From positions 1-45,837 of the forward strand of contig JBDRUH010000009.1 in assembly GCA_039801225.1 (NCBI GenBank): 45,837 nucleotides of DNA, in the 5' to 3' direction. Below, in pieces: positions 17,945 to 26,202 of the stretch; within the stretch, counting starts at the first letter, position 1, and every line of letters starts with the position of its first letter. The DNA comes from a candidate division WOR-3 bacterium (GTDB taxonomy: Bacteria > Hydrothermota > Tepidihabitantia > Tepidihabitantales > Tepidihabitantaceae). The notes below the pieces were generated by a model. The model searched no databases and was not told the DNA's origin. It saw nothing but the letters and a program-made list of their open reading frames with translations. The position numbers and the translations under genes were made by a program.

Positions 17945-19398
17945 GTCCGGAGAGGTTAATATTTGAGTTTTCTCATCCGGGACGACGTGCTTGGTCATTG
18001 CCACCGCTTGATGTGCCTGAAGTTAACTTAAAAGAGGAAATTGGCGATAACATCCGAGAAGACAACCAGTTACCCGAGGTTTCTGAAGTTGACCTGATGC
18101 GCCATTTTGTCCGACTTTCGGTTCTAAATCACCATGTTGAGAAGGGTTTTTATCCGCTTGGTTCCTGCACGATGAAATATAACCCGAAGGTTAACGAAGT
18201 TGCCGCGCGCCTGCCTGGATTTGTTCCCCTTCACCCTCTTGAGCCCGATGAGATGGTACAGGGTGCTTTAAGGTTAATGTTTGAACTCGGGGAGTATTTA
18301 AAAGAACTGACCGGTTTTGATGCGGTTACATTACAACCCGCGGCTGGGGCTCAAGGTGAACTCACCGGAATGCTTCTGGCGCGGAAGTTCTTTGAAAAGA
18401 AGGGCGAGAATCGAACCTTAGTGCTTGTCCCGGACTCGGCACATGGCACCAATCCCGCCTCGGTAACACTTTCGGGGTTCCAGGCGGTTCAGATAAAATC
18501 CTCATCCGAAGGGTTGATTGACATATCAGAACTACAACGCTCTTGTTCTGACCGGGTCGCCTGTTTGATGGTTACCAACCCCAACACCTTAGGTTTGTTT
18601 GAATCGGAGATAAAAAAGATTTGTGAAGTCCTGCACCAGCAGGGGGCGCTGGTATACTTGGACGGGGCAAACTTCAACGCCTATGTGGGAATTCACCGAC
18701 CGGGTGATGCTGGAGTTGACATAATGCATATCAATCTTCACAAAACCTTTTCCACGCCCCATGGCGGTGGTGGACCGGGTTCTGGACCGGTCGTAGTAAA
18801 AAGCCATCTTGAGCCTTTTCTACCCAAACCGGTAGTCCGTTATACCAATGGGAGGTACTGGCTTGATTACGACCGACCGGACTCAATCGGACGGGTTCTG
18901 GCGTTTCACGGGCAGTTTGGGGTATTGGTTAAGGCATATACCTACATCCGGATGCTCGGGGCGGAAGGTTTGCGTGAGGTGGCAGAGTGTGCGGTGCTTA
19001 ATGCCAATTACATCCGGCAAGGTTTGGAAGGGGTATTTCACCTCCCTTATCAGCGTCGCTCACTACATGAAGTGGTTTTTTCCGGCAGTAACTTAAAACA
19101 GTTTGGGGTCAAAACTTTGGATGTGGCAAAACGGCTTCTGGACTTTGGTATCCATGCACCAACAGTTTACTTCCCGCTGATTGTTCCTGAGGCGCTGATG
19201 ATTGAACCCACTGAGACCGAGTCGGTGGAGTCGCTTGATGAGTTTATTAATGCGATGAAGGCAATTGCGGCAGAGGCTCGTGTTAATCCCGACAACCTCC
19301 ATAACGCACCCTGGAACACGCCGGTGCGGCGATTGGACGAAGCAAGAGCCTCAAGGCAACTGGATGTGAACTACCAGGAAACTGGCGATGTTTGCTAG
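17941..19398 (+). CDS. gcvPB: glycine dehydrogenase (decarboxylating) subunit 2
   Basis: [25 protein letters not shown]-lysine [24 protein letters not shown]. Confidence 0.97.
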   Translation: MSPERLIFEFSHPGRRAWSLPPLDVPEVNLKEEIGDNIREDNQLPEVSEVDLMRHFVRLSVLNHHVEKGFYPLGSCTMKYNPKVNEVAARLPGFVPLHPLEPDEMVQGALRLMFELGEYLKELTGFDAVTLQPAAGAQGELTGMLLARKFFEKKGENRTLVLVPDSAHGTNPASVTLSGFQAVQIKSSSEGLIDISELQRSCSDRVACLMVTNPNTLGLFESEIKKICEVLHQQGALVYLDGANFNAYVGIHRPGDAGVDIMHINLHKTFSTPHGGGGPGSGPVVVKSHLEPFLPKPVVRYTNGRYWLDYDRPDSIGRVLAFHGQFGVLVKAYTYIRMLGAEGLREVAECAVLNANYIRQGLEGVFHLPYQRRSLHEVVFSGSNLKQFGVKTLDVAKRLLDFGIHAPTVYFPLIVPEALMIEPTETESVESLDEFINAMKAIAAEARVNPDNLHNAPWNTPVRRLDEARASRQLDVNYQETGDVC

Positions 19399-19693
19399 TG
19401 ACATATCGCCGCAGAGGCGTACCGAAATTATTAGCAAAATTGCTCAGAAAACGGTGGATTTGCGTCTTACGCCAATCGCCATTGTCCTTTTGGAGTCAAC
19501 CAAGCCATTGTCTTTTGTTGGCTCACAACTGATGGTCTTTTTCCAGCCTATCGTAACCGCCCTCTTTCCGTTTCATCAGTATGAAGAAATTGCCGCTTTG
19601 TTTGAAGACCGGAATAATGTCGAACTCTTAATCCAGACAATTGAAAGGTTGGAAGAGGAGCAGAAGACCGAAAGCCGAAATAAGAAAGTTTAG
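19388..19693 (+). CDS. conserved hypothetical helical protein
   Basis: 101-aa ORF filling the gcvPB-glmL-like gap exactly; motif LESTKPLSFVGSQ...FEDRNNVE. Confidence 0.75.
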   Translation: MFASDISPQRRTEIISKIAQKTVDLRLTPIAIVLLESTKPLSFVGSQLMVFFQPIVTALFPFHQYEEIAALFEDRNNVELLIQTIERLEEEQKTESRNKKV

Positions 19694-19696
19694 CCT

Positions 19697-21496
19697 ATGG
19701 AGAAGGAGAAAATCACCCGGATTCTTGCCACCGACTGTGGCTCAACCACTACCAAGGCAATTCTAATTGAGAAAAGGGGGACCGAGTATCGGTTAATTGT
19801 CCGCGGTGAAGCGCCCACCACGGTTGAGGCACCTTTTGAGGACGTAACCAAAGGTGTCCTTAACTCGGTGATGGAGGTTGAGGAACTCTCCGGTGTCAAA
19901 CTTATCAAGGGCGAGGGAATATTTAAGCCCAAGTTGGGAGATAAAGAAGGAACCGATATCTACATTTCCACATCGTCGGCTGGTGGTGGTTTGCAGATGA
20001 TGGTTGCTGGGGTTGTCTTGACGATGACCGCGGAAAGTGCTGCTAGGGCGGCTCTTGGTGCCGGGGCAATTGTGATGGATGTGATTGCCTCCAACGACGG
20101 TAGATTGCCCCACGAGAAGATTGAAAGAATCCGCACCCTGCGTCCGGATATGATACTTCTTTCGGGTGGTGTTGATGGTGGCACGGTGTCCCATGTTGTG
20201 GAACTGGCAGAACTCATCGCCGCTGCCGACCCGAAACCCCGCTTTGGCATTGGCTACAATCTACCGGTAATCTATGCCGGCAACCGTGATGCCCGGGAAC
20301 TGGTGCTTAACACCTTAAAGGATAAATCAAGTTTGGTAATTGTTGAGAACATCCGTCCGGTCCTGGAGCGGGAGAATCTCGGTCCAGCGCGGCATAAAAT
20401 TCACGACCTGTTTATGGAGCATGTGATGGCTCATGCCCCGGGTTATAAAAAGTTGATGGAATGGACCGATGTGCCGATTATGCCGACACCAGGGGCGGTG
20501 GGGCTCTTGATTGAAAACATCGGCAAGAGCCAGGGAATTGCGGTTTTAGGCGTTGACATCGGCGGAGCAACTACCGATGTCTTCAGCGTCTTTCAGGGTA
20601 TTTTCAATCGCACGGTATCGGCCAATCTCGGTATGTCCTACTCGGTATCCAATGTCCTGGCTGAAGCCGGAGAGGAAAATATCATTCGTTGGCTGCCGAT
20701 TGAAATGGAGACAAGTGAGGTGCGCAACCGCATCCGCAACAAAATGATTCGCCCCACCACCATTCCCTCAACCCTTGAGGAGTTGAAACTGGAACAGGCG
20801 ATTGCCCGGGAGGCGTTGCGTCTGGCGCTAGAGCATCACAAGTCAATGGCAGTTGGGCTCAAGGGCATTCAGCAGGAGCGGACCATCTCCGATGCCTTTG
20901 CCCAGGCGCGCACCGGCGAGACGCTGGTTAATATGATGGAGTTGAATTTGGTGGTCGGCTCTGGTGGTGCCCTTTCCCATGCCCCACGCCGCTCCCAAGC
21001 AGCAATGATGCTCCTTGATGCGTTTCAGCCCGAAGGGGTAACCCGGCTGGCGGTTGATTCAATCTTTATGATGCCCCATTTAGGTGTTTTAACTGAAGTT
21101 CATCCCGAAGCGGCTCAGGAGGTGTTTGAAAAAGACTGCCTGATTCATTTGGGAACAAGTATCGCTCCGGCAGGTCAGGGAAAAGAGGGACGAGTTTGTG
21201 TTAATGTGCGAATTATTAAGGCAAACGGTGAGGAACTGCAAGCCCGGGTTAATTACGGCGATATTAAATGCCTTCCTCTTGAAGTAGGTGAGACCGCCCG
21301 GGCGATAATTTCACCCGAACGAGGTTTTGATGTTGGTGCTGGTTCGGGTAAGGTTATTGAGGCTAAGGTGGAAGGCGGTCTTTGCGGAATAATAATAGAC
21401 GCTCGGGGCAGACCGCTGACCCTGCCGGTTGAAGAAAAAGCCCGGCGCGAGGCGCTAAAGAAATGGGCGCTCCAGATTAACGCCTACCCGATTTAG
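19697..21496 (+). CDS. glutamate mutase L (GlmL/MutL)-like actin-fold ATPase
   Basis: ASKHA phosphate motifs TDCGSTTTKA and VDIGGATTDVFS; SSAGGGL, LLSGGVDGG, IYAGN, MPTPGAV, RTVSANLGM, GSGGAL. Confidence 0.8.
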   Translation: MEKEKITRILATDCGSTTTKAILIEKRGTEYRLIVRGEAPTTVEAPFEDVTKGVLNSVMEVEELSGVKLIKGEGIFKPKLGDKEGTDIYISTSSAGGGLQMMVAGVVLTMTAESAARAALGAGAIVMDVIASNDGRLPHEKIERIRTLRPDMILLSGGVDGGTVSHVVELAELIAAADPKPRFGIGYNLPVIYAGNRDARELVLNTLKDKSSLVIVENIRPVLERENLGPARHKIHDLFMEHVMAHAPGYKKLMEWTDVPIMPTPGAVGLLIENIGKSQGIAVLGVDIGGATTDVFSVFQGIFNRTVSANLGMSYSVSNVLAEAGEENIIRWLPIEMETSEVRNRIRNKMIRPTTIPSTLEELKLEQAIAREALRLALEHHKSMAVGLKGIQQERTISDAFAQARTGETLVNMMELNLVVGSGGALSHAPRRSQAAMMLLDAFQPEGVTRLAVDSIFMMPHLGVLTEVHPEAAQEVFEKDCLIHLGTSIAPAGQGKEGRVCVNVRIIKANGEELQARVNYGDIKCLPLEVGETARAIISPERGFDVGAGSGKVIEAKVEGGLCGIIIDARGRPLTLPVEEKARREALKKWALQINAYPI

Positions 21497-21896
21497 ATTG
21501 CCGGACAGATTCCCGGTAATCGGCAAGAATTTTTTGATGGTCAAAAACCAGTTTAACCTTCTCTATCGCATTTAACTCAACTAAACAGAAATCTTTAGCA
21601 TCATCCCCGGCTTTGGGTTTCCCCTTTCCTTTGGCGACAAAAACCACTGAGACGCAGTGTCCCCGTGGGTCCCGTTTCGGGTCGGAGTAAACCCGGAACT
21701 GATTTAAATCAACCAGGTCCAAGCCAGTCTCCTCTTTGACCTCCCGTCGCACCGCCGCCTCAACCGTCTCACCGTAATTGACAAAGCCTCCGGGTAAAGC
21801 CCAGCCTATGGGTTTGTTCTTCCGCTTTATAAAGAGAACCTTATTACCAAAGAGGATAATACAGTCAACCGCCAATTTTGGTTGTAGATACTTCAT
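21477..21896 (-). CDS. NUDIX hydrolase (ADP-ribose pyrophosphatase-like)
   Basis: Nudix box GGFVNYGETVEAAVRREVKEETGL; RDPRGH; AGDDA. Confidence 0.9.
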   Translation of the reverse strand: MKYLQPKLAVDCIILFGNKVLFIKRKNKPIGWALPGGFVNYGETVEAAVRREVKEETGLDLVDLNQFRVYSDPKRDPRGHCVSVVFVAKGKGKPKAGDDAKDFCLVELNAIEKVKLVFDHQKILADYRESVRQSKSGRR

Positions 21897-22722
21897 TGAG
21901 ATAACTCCTTAACGCCTCCTGCCAGGGGCGTAATCTTTTTTTAAACCGGGCGATAAATTTATGGTTATCCAAGACCGAGAACTTGGGTCGGGGCGCCCGG
22001 CGCCCGCTTTCCTCACTGGTTATCGGCAAAACCTGGCAGGAACTTTGGGTCAACCGAACAATTTCACAGGCAAACTCAAACCAGGAGCATTGACCGGAGT
22101 TGGTCAGATGATAGATGCCGTATTGTTTGGATTGGGCAATTTCCCAGAGGGGCAAACACAGGTCTCGGGCATAGGTCGGCGAACCGGTCTGGTCATTCAC
22201 CACCTTAAGCACCGGTTCGGTTTGCGCTTTGGCGCGAATGGTATCAACAAAGTTCCTGCCGCCCTTGCCGTAAAGCCAACTGGTGCGAACGATAAAACTC
22301 TTCTTGCAAGTACGCAAGACCGCCTGCTCACCCATAAACTTCGTCCTGCCGTAAACCGATATTGGATTGGGCTTATCATTCTCCCGATAGGGTCTTTTTG
22401 CCTTGCCATCAAACACATAATCGGTAGAAATGTAAACCAAATGGCAGCCGATTTCTGCTGCACCCAGGGCTATCGCCCAGGTCCCCTGAAAGTTAACCGC
22501 CATCGCCTTTGCCGGCGTCTCTTCACATCCGTCAACATCAGTCCAGGCGGCAAGATGAAAAATGATGTCGGGGTGAACACGGTGAATGCCGTTGATGGCT
22601 TTTTCCACATTGGTTATGTCGTTTTCCGGCAAATCCCACTCCACCACCTTCTCATTCCGGGACCTAAGGAAATGGGTCAACTCCTGACCTAAAAGACCCC
22701 TGGCACCGGTAATCAGAATCAT
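21865..22722 (-). CDS. rfbD: dTDP-4-dehydrorhamnose reductase
   Basis: ITGARGLLG, AAWTDVDGCE, STDYVFDG, YGRTK, DQTGSPT, APRP; second ATG (22722) chosen. Confidence 0.93.
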   Translation of the reverse strand: MILITGARGLLGQELTHFLRSRNEKVVEWDLPENDITNVEKAINGIHRVHPDIIFHLAAWTDVDGCEETPAKAMAVNFQGTWAIALGAAEIGCHLVYISTDYVFDGKAKRPYRENDKPNPISVYGRTKFMGEQAVLRTCKKSFIVRTSWLYGKGGRNFVDTIRAKAQTEPVLKVVNDQTGSPTYARDLCLPLWEIAQSKQYGIYHLTNSGQCSWFEFACEIVRLTQSSCQVLPITSEESGRRAPRPKFSVLDNHKFIARFKKRLRPWQEALRSYLNEVSTTKIGG

Positions 22723-22757
22723 CCCTCTCGCCTCCTCATTCCGCACCCCTCGCCCCT

Positions 22758-22855
22758 GTCATTGCGACCGAACACCCCTCGCTCCGTCATTCCTATCTTG
22801 CCGAGGAATCCCTTTCCGGTCGCTTGGGGCAGGCTCTGGCGAGCGGAGGAATCCC
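22758..22855 (+). repeat. degenerate or nested GTCATT...GGAATCCC REP-like cluster
   Basis: GTCATTGCGACCGAA, GTCATTCC...CCGAGGAATCCC and GCGAGCGGAGGAATCCC resemble 8598-8634. Confidence 0.65.
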
Positions 22856-22861
22856 TTGCAT

Positions 22862-22960
22862 TTAATGTAAAAGTCAAAACGAAAAGTCTGAGAATTTTGA
22901 GATTTGGAATTTGGAATTTGACTTTTGACTTCTCCCAAATTCGGTCTCGGAGCATACCTT
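22862..22960 (-). repeat. heptamer-based dispersed element, copy 1
   Basis: Reverse complement of 22864-22931 aligns with 24600-24668 and 34188-34245; tail 22930-22960 resembles 34261-34290. Confidence 0.8.
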
Positions 22961-24396
22961 CACATTTTTACTACTTTAACTCTTTGATTGTCGGGCAATA
23001 GTATCATATAGACCCCTTTTGCCACCGGACGGTTAGAAAAATCACAACCATTCCACACCACCCAATTCCCTTCCTTTAATGGCAAGTTCTGGACCAAAAC
23101 CCCCTCCTGATTGAAAATCCGGACCTTTTTACCCCATTCCCCATTCCGCCTTCCCCATTCCCCATTTAAAGTAACACACACCCATTTCCTAAATGGATTG
23201 GGATAAACCCTTAAGCCGTTTGCCGTTCGCCGTCTGCCCTCTGTTCCGACCCCAACATTTCCAGAAGAGTTGGTTCTTATTAGATAAACATCAGAACGAT
23301 TAATTGAATCGGTCCAGGTTTTACCGGTAAGGACAAAACCATCGCCAGTTTCTACTACCGCCCTACCACAATCATCACCCTCCCCACCATAAAACCGCTG
23401 CCATAACATCTCCCCTCCCGGATTGGTTCGGAGAAACATTAAGTCCGCCTCTTCCCCTGGAAAGGCGCTCTCGCCCGTAAGGACAAAACCGCCATCCTGA
23501 GTCTGAGCCAAACCGTAGAACTTTTCATAACCAACCTTAGGAAATGTCCTTACCCACCTCATAAGCCCGTAGGCATTGGCACATAAAAGATACCCATCTA
23601 TGTCTTCGCCGTATGAAGAGGAGAAACCGGCTAATGCAATCCCGGAGTCCTTGGTTTCTATCACCGCCCTTGCCTCATCCCAGAGTGAATCACCAAAACT
23701 CCGCTGCCAGACAAGGTAGCCCCAGTAGTCAACCTTAAAAAGCAGAATATCAGAAAACCGGGCGTTGGTAGGATATGTAGCGCCGGCGATAACATACCCC
23801 CGGTCATAGGTCCTTGTAACCGCATAAGCCAGATCAGTTCCCGCAGAACTATAACTCTTTGACCACCAGACATAACCGGTCCGGTCCAATCTTGTGGCGG
23901 TTACATCCCACCCTTGAGAGGTTATGGTATTTCCCACTACCACCCAGCCACCATCCTCAGTCTGACATACCGCGGCGCCGATATCATTCACATCGGTTGA
24001 GCCTAAATTTTTCCGCCACACCAACGCGCCGGAAGAGTCAATCCACTGAATAAACATATCCCAGTCCCCCCGGCTTGACCGCTCTTGTCCCACCACAACG
24101 CACCCTCCGCTTCCATCACCACAAGCCCCGTGAAGAATCACCCCACCAAGTGTGTCAACTATTAATTTACTCCACACCAATTCACCGTGTTTATCAACCT
24201 TGAGAACATAGGTTCTACCATAGCCCGGTGCCGAATCGGCATAGCCGGCAACAAAAAAACCGCTATCCGCCCGCGGGACAACAAAAAGCCCCTCCTCCGC
24301 CGCCTTACCACCATAACTTCTCTCAAATAATGTCCAACCAGAAGCAAAATTCAAAAGGACAAGGCATAATGCCCCTTTGATTAATTTTTGGTTCAT
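22960..24396 (-). CDS. secreted beta-propeller repeat protein with FlgD-Ig/T9SS-like C-terminal domain
   Basis: Signal peptide; repeated T-x-DGG(F/Y/W)V-x-x-G...D...K-x-D-x-x-G-x-x-x-W units; VYPNPF...WNGCD...VAKGVY...KVVKM. Confidence 0.8.
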   Translation of the reverse strand: MNQKLIKGALCLVLLNFASGWTLFERSYGGKAAEEGLFVVPRADSGFFVAGYADSAPGYGRTYVLKVDKHGELVWSKLIVDTLGGVILHGACGDGSGGCVVVGQERSSRGDWDMFIQWIDSSGALVWRKNLGSTDVNDIGAAVCQTEDGGWVVVGNTITSQGWDVTATRLDRTGYVWWSKSYSSAGTDLAYAVTRTYDRGYVIAGATYPTNARFSDILLFKVDYWGYLVWQRSFGDSLWDEARAVIETKDSGIALAGFSSSYGEDIDGYLLCANAYGLMRWVRTFPKVGYEKFYGLAQTQDGGFVLTGESAFPGEEADLMFLRTNPGGEMLWQRFYGGEGDDCGRAVVETGDGFVLTGKTWTDSINRSDVYLIRTNSSGNVGVGTEGRRRTANGLRVYPNPFRKWVCVTLNGEWGRRNGEWGKKVRIFNQEGVLVQNLPLKEGNWVVWNGCDFSNRPVAKGVYMILLPDNQRVKVVKM

Positions 24397-24584
24397 AGTT
24401 TTAGTTCTTAAGGAAGGCTTCCCTCGGCTTCATCATTCCGACCGAAGTGCCCGATTCGGGTCTGTTCGCCCGGAGCAACCCCTTAGATTTACTAATGACA
24501 GGACATAATGATAAACTGAACATCTTCAAAAAGTCTAACCTATTCTTCTGACAAAAGCAAGCATACCCCCTTTCTCCCCTCTTG

Positions 24585-24614
24585 ATTATAACTCTCCCCG
24601 AAGTCAAAAGTCAA
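24585..24614 (-). promoter_or_regulatory. candidate promoter whose -35 lies in the repeat element
   Basis: TTGACT (24614-24609), 18 nt, TATAAT (24590-24585). Confidence 0.5.
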
Positions 24615-24725
24615 ATCCCAAATCGCAAATCCCAAAATTCTTAGACTTTTCGTTTTGGCTTTTCCAATTTGCATTCTGCCTTTTGAATTGAATACAGGTA
24701 TACACTCTCTTGACTTTTACATTAA
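24600..24725 (+). repeat. heptamer-based dispersed element, copy 2 (inverted relative to copy 1)
   Basis: GAAGTCAAAAGTCAAATCCCAAATCGCAAATCCCAAAATTCTTAGACTTTTCGTTTTGGC; 24710-24725 is the exact reverse complement of 22862-22877. Confidence 0.8.
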
Positions 24726-24778
24726 CAAAGGCATTATAAGAAGATATGACACTTACCCGCCGCCAAAACCAAAAATAT

Positions 24779-24801
24779 GTAGGGCAAGGCTTTAGCCTTG
24801 C
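24779..24801 (+). repeat. GTAG-type REP-like palindrome
   Basis: GTAGGGCAAGGCTTTAGCCTTGC, identical to 115-137. Confidence 0.8.
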
Positions 24802-24819
24802 AAACCATAAGGAGGTTTT

Positions 24820-25248
24820 ATGCCGGCGTTAAAGCCGATAATCTGGATTGTCATCGGTTTAATTCTCGCCGCACTGGAGATGATAGTGCCCGGATTGGTA
24901 ATCATCTGGTTCGGCGTTGGTGCATTAGTAACCGGGATTATAGCAATTTTCATTCGTAACCCATATTTTCAGTATGGAATATTTCTGGTGGTTTCCGGTC
25001 TGGGGATTTTTCTTGCTCAGTGGATTGGGAGAAAGATTACTAAGCCAGAGCCAGTGCCGGTGGGAGCATTGCGTCTGAGCGGGGCTGTCGGAGTAGTAGT
25101 TAAGGAGATTAAGCCGCCGGAGTTGGGGCGGGTAAAGGTAACCGGTGAGGAGTGGCTGGCAGAGGCAAAAGAGGCGATTGGAGTGGGTGCCAAGGTTAAG
25201 GTGCTGCGAGTTGATGGCACCCATTTGGTAGTTGAACCCATAGATTAA
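24820..25248 (+). CDS. NfeD family protein (short form)
   Basis: Three TM segments then OB-fold [12 protein letters not shown]...G-x-KVKV...GTHLVV; adjacent to an SPFH gene; SD AAGGAGG. Confidence 0.88.
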   Translation: MPALKPIIWIVIGLILAALEMIVPGLVIIWFGVGALVTGIIAIFIRNPYFQYGIFLVVSGLGIFLAQWIGRKITKPEPVPVGALRLSGAVGVVVKEIKPPELGRVKVTGEEWLAEAKEAIGVGAKVKVLRVDGTHLVVEPID

Positions 25249-25259
25249 AGGAGGTTAAA

Positions 25260-26174
25260 GTGCCCGTATTGGTAATTGTTGTTTTAATATTTCTTTTTAT
25301 CTGGGCGCTTTTGGGACTGAAGGTCGTTCGTCCCTATCAGCGGGGTGCGGTTGAGCGGTTGGGAAAGTATCAGCGCCTGGTGCGACCCGGATTGAATTTT
25401 ATTATCCCGTTTCTGGAGCGGCTGATTAAGGTGGATATGCGCGAGCAGGTGGTTGATGTCCCGCCTCAGGAGGTGATCACTAAGGACAATGCCACGGTGA
25501 CGGTGGATGCAATTGTCTATTATGAGGTTACCGACCCGGTGAAGGTGCTTTACAATGTTGCCAATTTCCGGATGGCGACGATTAAACTGGCCCAGACCAA
25601 TCTCCGGAATGTGATTGGTGATTTGACGCTGGATGAGTCCTTAACCTCCCGGGAGCGAATCAATGCCAAGTTGCGGGATGTTTTGGATGAGGCGACCGAC
25701 AAATGGGGCGCTAAGGTCACCCGGGTGGAGTTACAGCGGATTGAGCCACCGAGTGATGTTACTGAGGCGATGCACCGGCAGATGAAGGCGGAGCGAGACC
25801 GTCGGGCGGTGGTTTTAGAGGCGGAGGGTGTTAGGCAGGCAGCGATTCTTAAGGCGGAGGGTGAAAAGCAGGCAAGGATTCTTGAGGCGGAAGGGCAGGC
25901 GGCAGCGATTCAAAAGGTGGCGGAGGCGGAGAAGTATAAACTACTGACGGTTGCCGAGGGTGAGGCGCAGGCGATTGAAAAGGTCTATTCGGCAATTCAT
26001 AAGGGCAATCCGACCAAAGACCTGATTGCGATAAAATATCTTGAGGCGCTGGCGAAAATGGCCGAAGGTAAGGCGACAAAGGTATTTGTGCCTTATGAGG
26101 CGGCAGGAATTCTGGGTGCACTCACGGTTATTGCCGAGGCGGTAAAGGAAAAGGGCGGCGAAAAGTCCGAATAG
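25260..26174 (+). CDS. SPFH/band 7 (stomatin/QmcA-like) protein
   Basis: ERLGKY...[29 protein letters not shown]...AEG repeats. Confidence 0.93.
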   Translation: MPVLVIVVLIFLFIWALLGLKVVRPYQRGAVERLGKYQRLVRPGLNFIIPFLERLIKVDMREQVVDVPPQEVITKDNATVTVDAIVYYEVTDPVKVLYNVANFRMATIKLAQTNLRNVIGDLTLDESLTSRERINAKLRDVLDEATDKWGAKVTRVELQRIEPPSDVTEAMHRQMKAERDRRAVVLEAEGVRQAAILKAEGEKQARILEAEGQAAAIQKVAEAEKYKLLTVAEGEAQAIEKVYSAIHKGNPTKDLIAIKYLEALAKMAEGKATKVFVPYEAAGILGALTVIAEAVKEKGGEKSE

Positions 26175-26202
26175 GCTGGCAGCCGACAGCCGACGCCCGA
26201 AA

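Noticed and set aside
21961..22692. 243-aa plus-strand ORF, and other long antisense ORFs (15264-15896, 26493-27200, 27823-28467, 38332-38937)
   Set aside because: Shadow frames opposite well-supported genes; no recognisable motifs
24746..24832. 28-codon upstream ORF overlapping the nfeD start
   Set aside because: It runs through a REP, and nfeD has its own strong SD; there is no evidence of function, although a leaderless uORF cannot be excluded
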